A DNA stretch of 25,969 bases, from IMG/VR virus record IMGVR_UViG_2585427776_000011; one strand, 5' to 3'. This document shows, piece after piece, positions 24,977-25,969 of the stretch (positions are counted from its first letter, which is position 1; every line of letters begins with the position of its first letter). The position numbers and the translations under genes are program-made. The notes beneath the pieces were generated by a model that saw nothing but the letters and a program-made list of their open reading frames with translations, searched no databases and was not told the origin of the DNA. Source of the stretch: a virus (Duplodnaviria; Heunggongvirae; Uroviricota; Caudoviricetes).

Positions 24977-25969
24977 ATGTCGATTAAGCAACTCAAAGAC
25001 GGACGTTATCAGGTCGATGTCAGACCGCAGGGGGCGGAAGGAAAGCGGATTCGAAAAATCTTTGCCCTGAAATCAAAGGCTCAGGAGTTTGAGAAGTATG
25101 TGTTACAGAACTTTCATGACAAGCCATGGCAGGCTAAGCCAGCTGATCAGCGGCGATTATCAGAGCTGCTTGATGCGTGGTGGATGCTTGATGGGCGTAA
25201 TCAGGCTTACGGGGATAGCTACAGAGTTAGGCTAGGGAAGGTTGTTCGTGAAATGGGAGATCCTCGCGCCAGTCAGATGACGCGAAAATTTATGCTTGAA
25301 TATCGGTCAGAGAAATTACAGGCCGGATTAATGCCGTCCAGTATTAATCGTGACTTATGCGTACTGTCTACCATGTTCACGGTGCTGATTGAAGCTGAGG
25401 TCTTTCACAACGCGAACCCTGTACGCGGTATACGAAAACTGAAAGTTCAGAACACAGAGATGGCCTTTCTTTCTGATGATGAGATTGAACGGCTTCTTGA
25501 ACGACTGGAGGGTGATGCGCGTCGTGTTGCCATTCTGTGTCTTTCTACTGGTGCCCGATGGAGTGAAGCATCGGAACTACGTGGAGAGCATATCGTTGGC
25601 AACCGGGTGACGTTCTTTAACACCAAAAACGGAAAATCCCGTTCGGTTCCTGTGGCGGATTCGGTCGTGCCTCTGATTAAAACCCGTCGAACGGGGTTAT
25701 TGTATCAGGTTGATTATCTGAAGTTCCGGGAGATTCTTCAGGAGGTGAAACCGGATTTGCCGAAGGGGCAGGCTACGCATGTCATGCGTCATACATTTGC
25801 CACACACTTTATGATGAATGGCGGAAATATTGTTACGTTGCAACGAATCCTGGGGCACGCAACGATTCAGCAAACAATGACGTACGCTCATTTTTCGCCG
25901 GACTTTTTACAGGACGCGATCAACTTTAATCCGCTGGCTGAAAGTGTCCATAAACTGTCCATCGATTAG
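24977..25969 (+). CDS. int: P2-type tyrosine integrase
   Basis: From ATG 24977 (RBS GGAGGGG): MSIKQLKDGRYQVDVRP... with C-terminal catalytic region HVMRHTFATHF...LQRILGH...YAHF; stop at 25967-25969, the window edge. Confidence 0.95.
   Translation: MSIKQLKDGRYQVDVRPQGAEGKRIRKIFALKSKAQEFEKYVLQNFHDKPWQAKPADQRRLSELLDAWWMLDGRNQAYGDSYRVRLGKVVREMGDPRASQMTRKFMLEYRSEKLQAGLMPSSINRDLCVLSTMFTVLIEAEVFHNANPVRGIRKLKVQNTEMAFLSDDEIERLLERLEGDARRVAILCLSTGARWSEASELRGEHIVGNRVTFFNTKNGKSRSVPVADSVVPLIKTRRTGLLYQVDYLKFREILQEVKPDLPKGQATHVMRHTFATHFMMNGGNIVTLQRILGHATIQQTMTYAHFSPDFLQDAINFNPLAESVHKLSID

Overview
The window opens with a complete serS (seryl-tRNA synthetase, E. coli-type) and the remaining ~24.7 kb is a rearranged, defective P2-like prophage that ends with its integrase at the window edge. 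Recognisable P2 homologues are ogr and D (minus strand), FI-FII-E/E'-T-U (plus strand, inverted relative to D/ogr), a truncated O remnant, P and Q, the rolling-circle initiator A, the C repressor, a Cox-like protein and Int. The capsid, lysis, baseplate and tail-fibre body genes (P2 N through H/G) are absent. In their place sit a Gin/Pin-family serine invertase and a tandem array of 3.5 promoterless tail-fibre C-terminal cassettes. The most interesting feature is a visibly AT-rich three-gene operon (15014-17541) between Q/cos and A, the position of tin/old in P2 and a known anti-phage hotspot. It encodes a 459-aa protein with a GHKL-type ATPase/serine-kinase-like motif, a 114-aa STAS-like partner and a membrane protein, and I cannot assign it to any named system. 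A second AT-rich accessory module (23315-23935), a 37-aa hydrophobic peptide missed by the ORF track, and several regulatory repeats are also flagged. All calls rest on reading the translations and sequence by eye; no searches were run.
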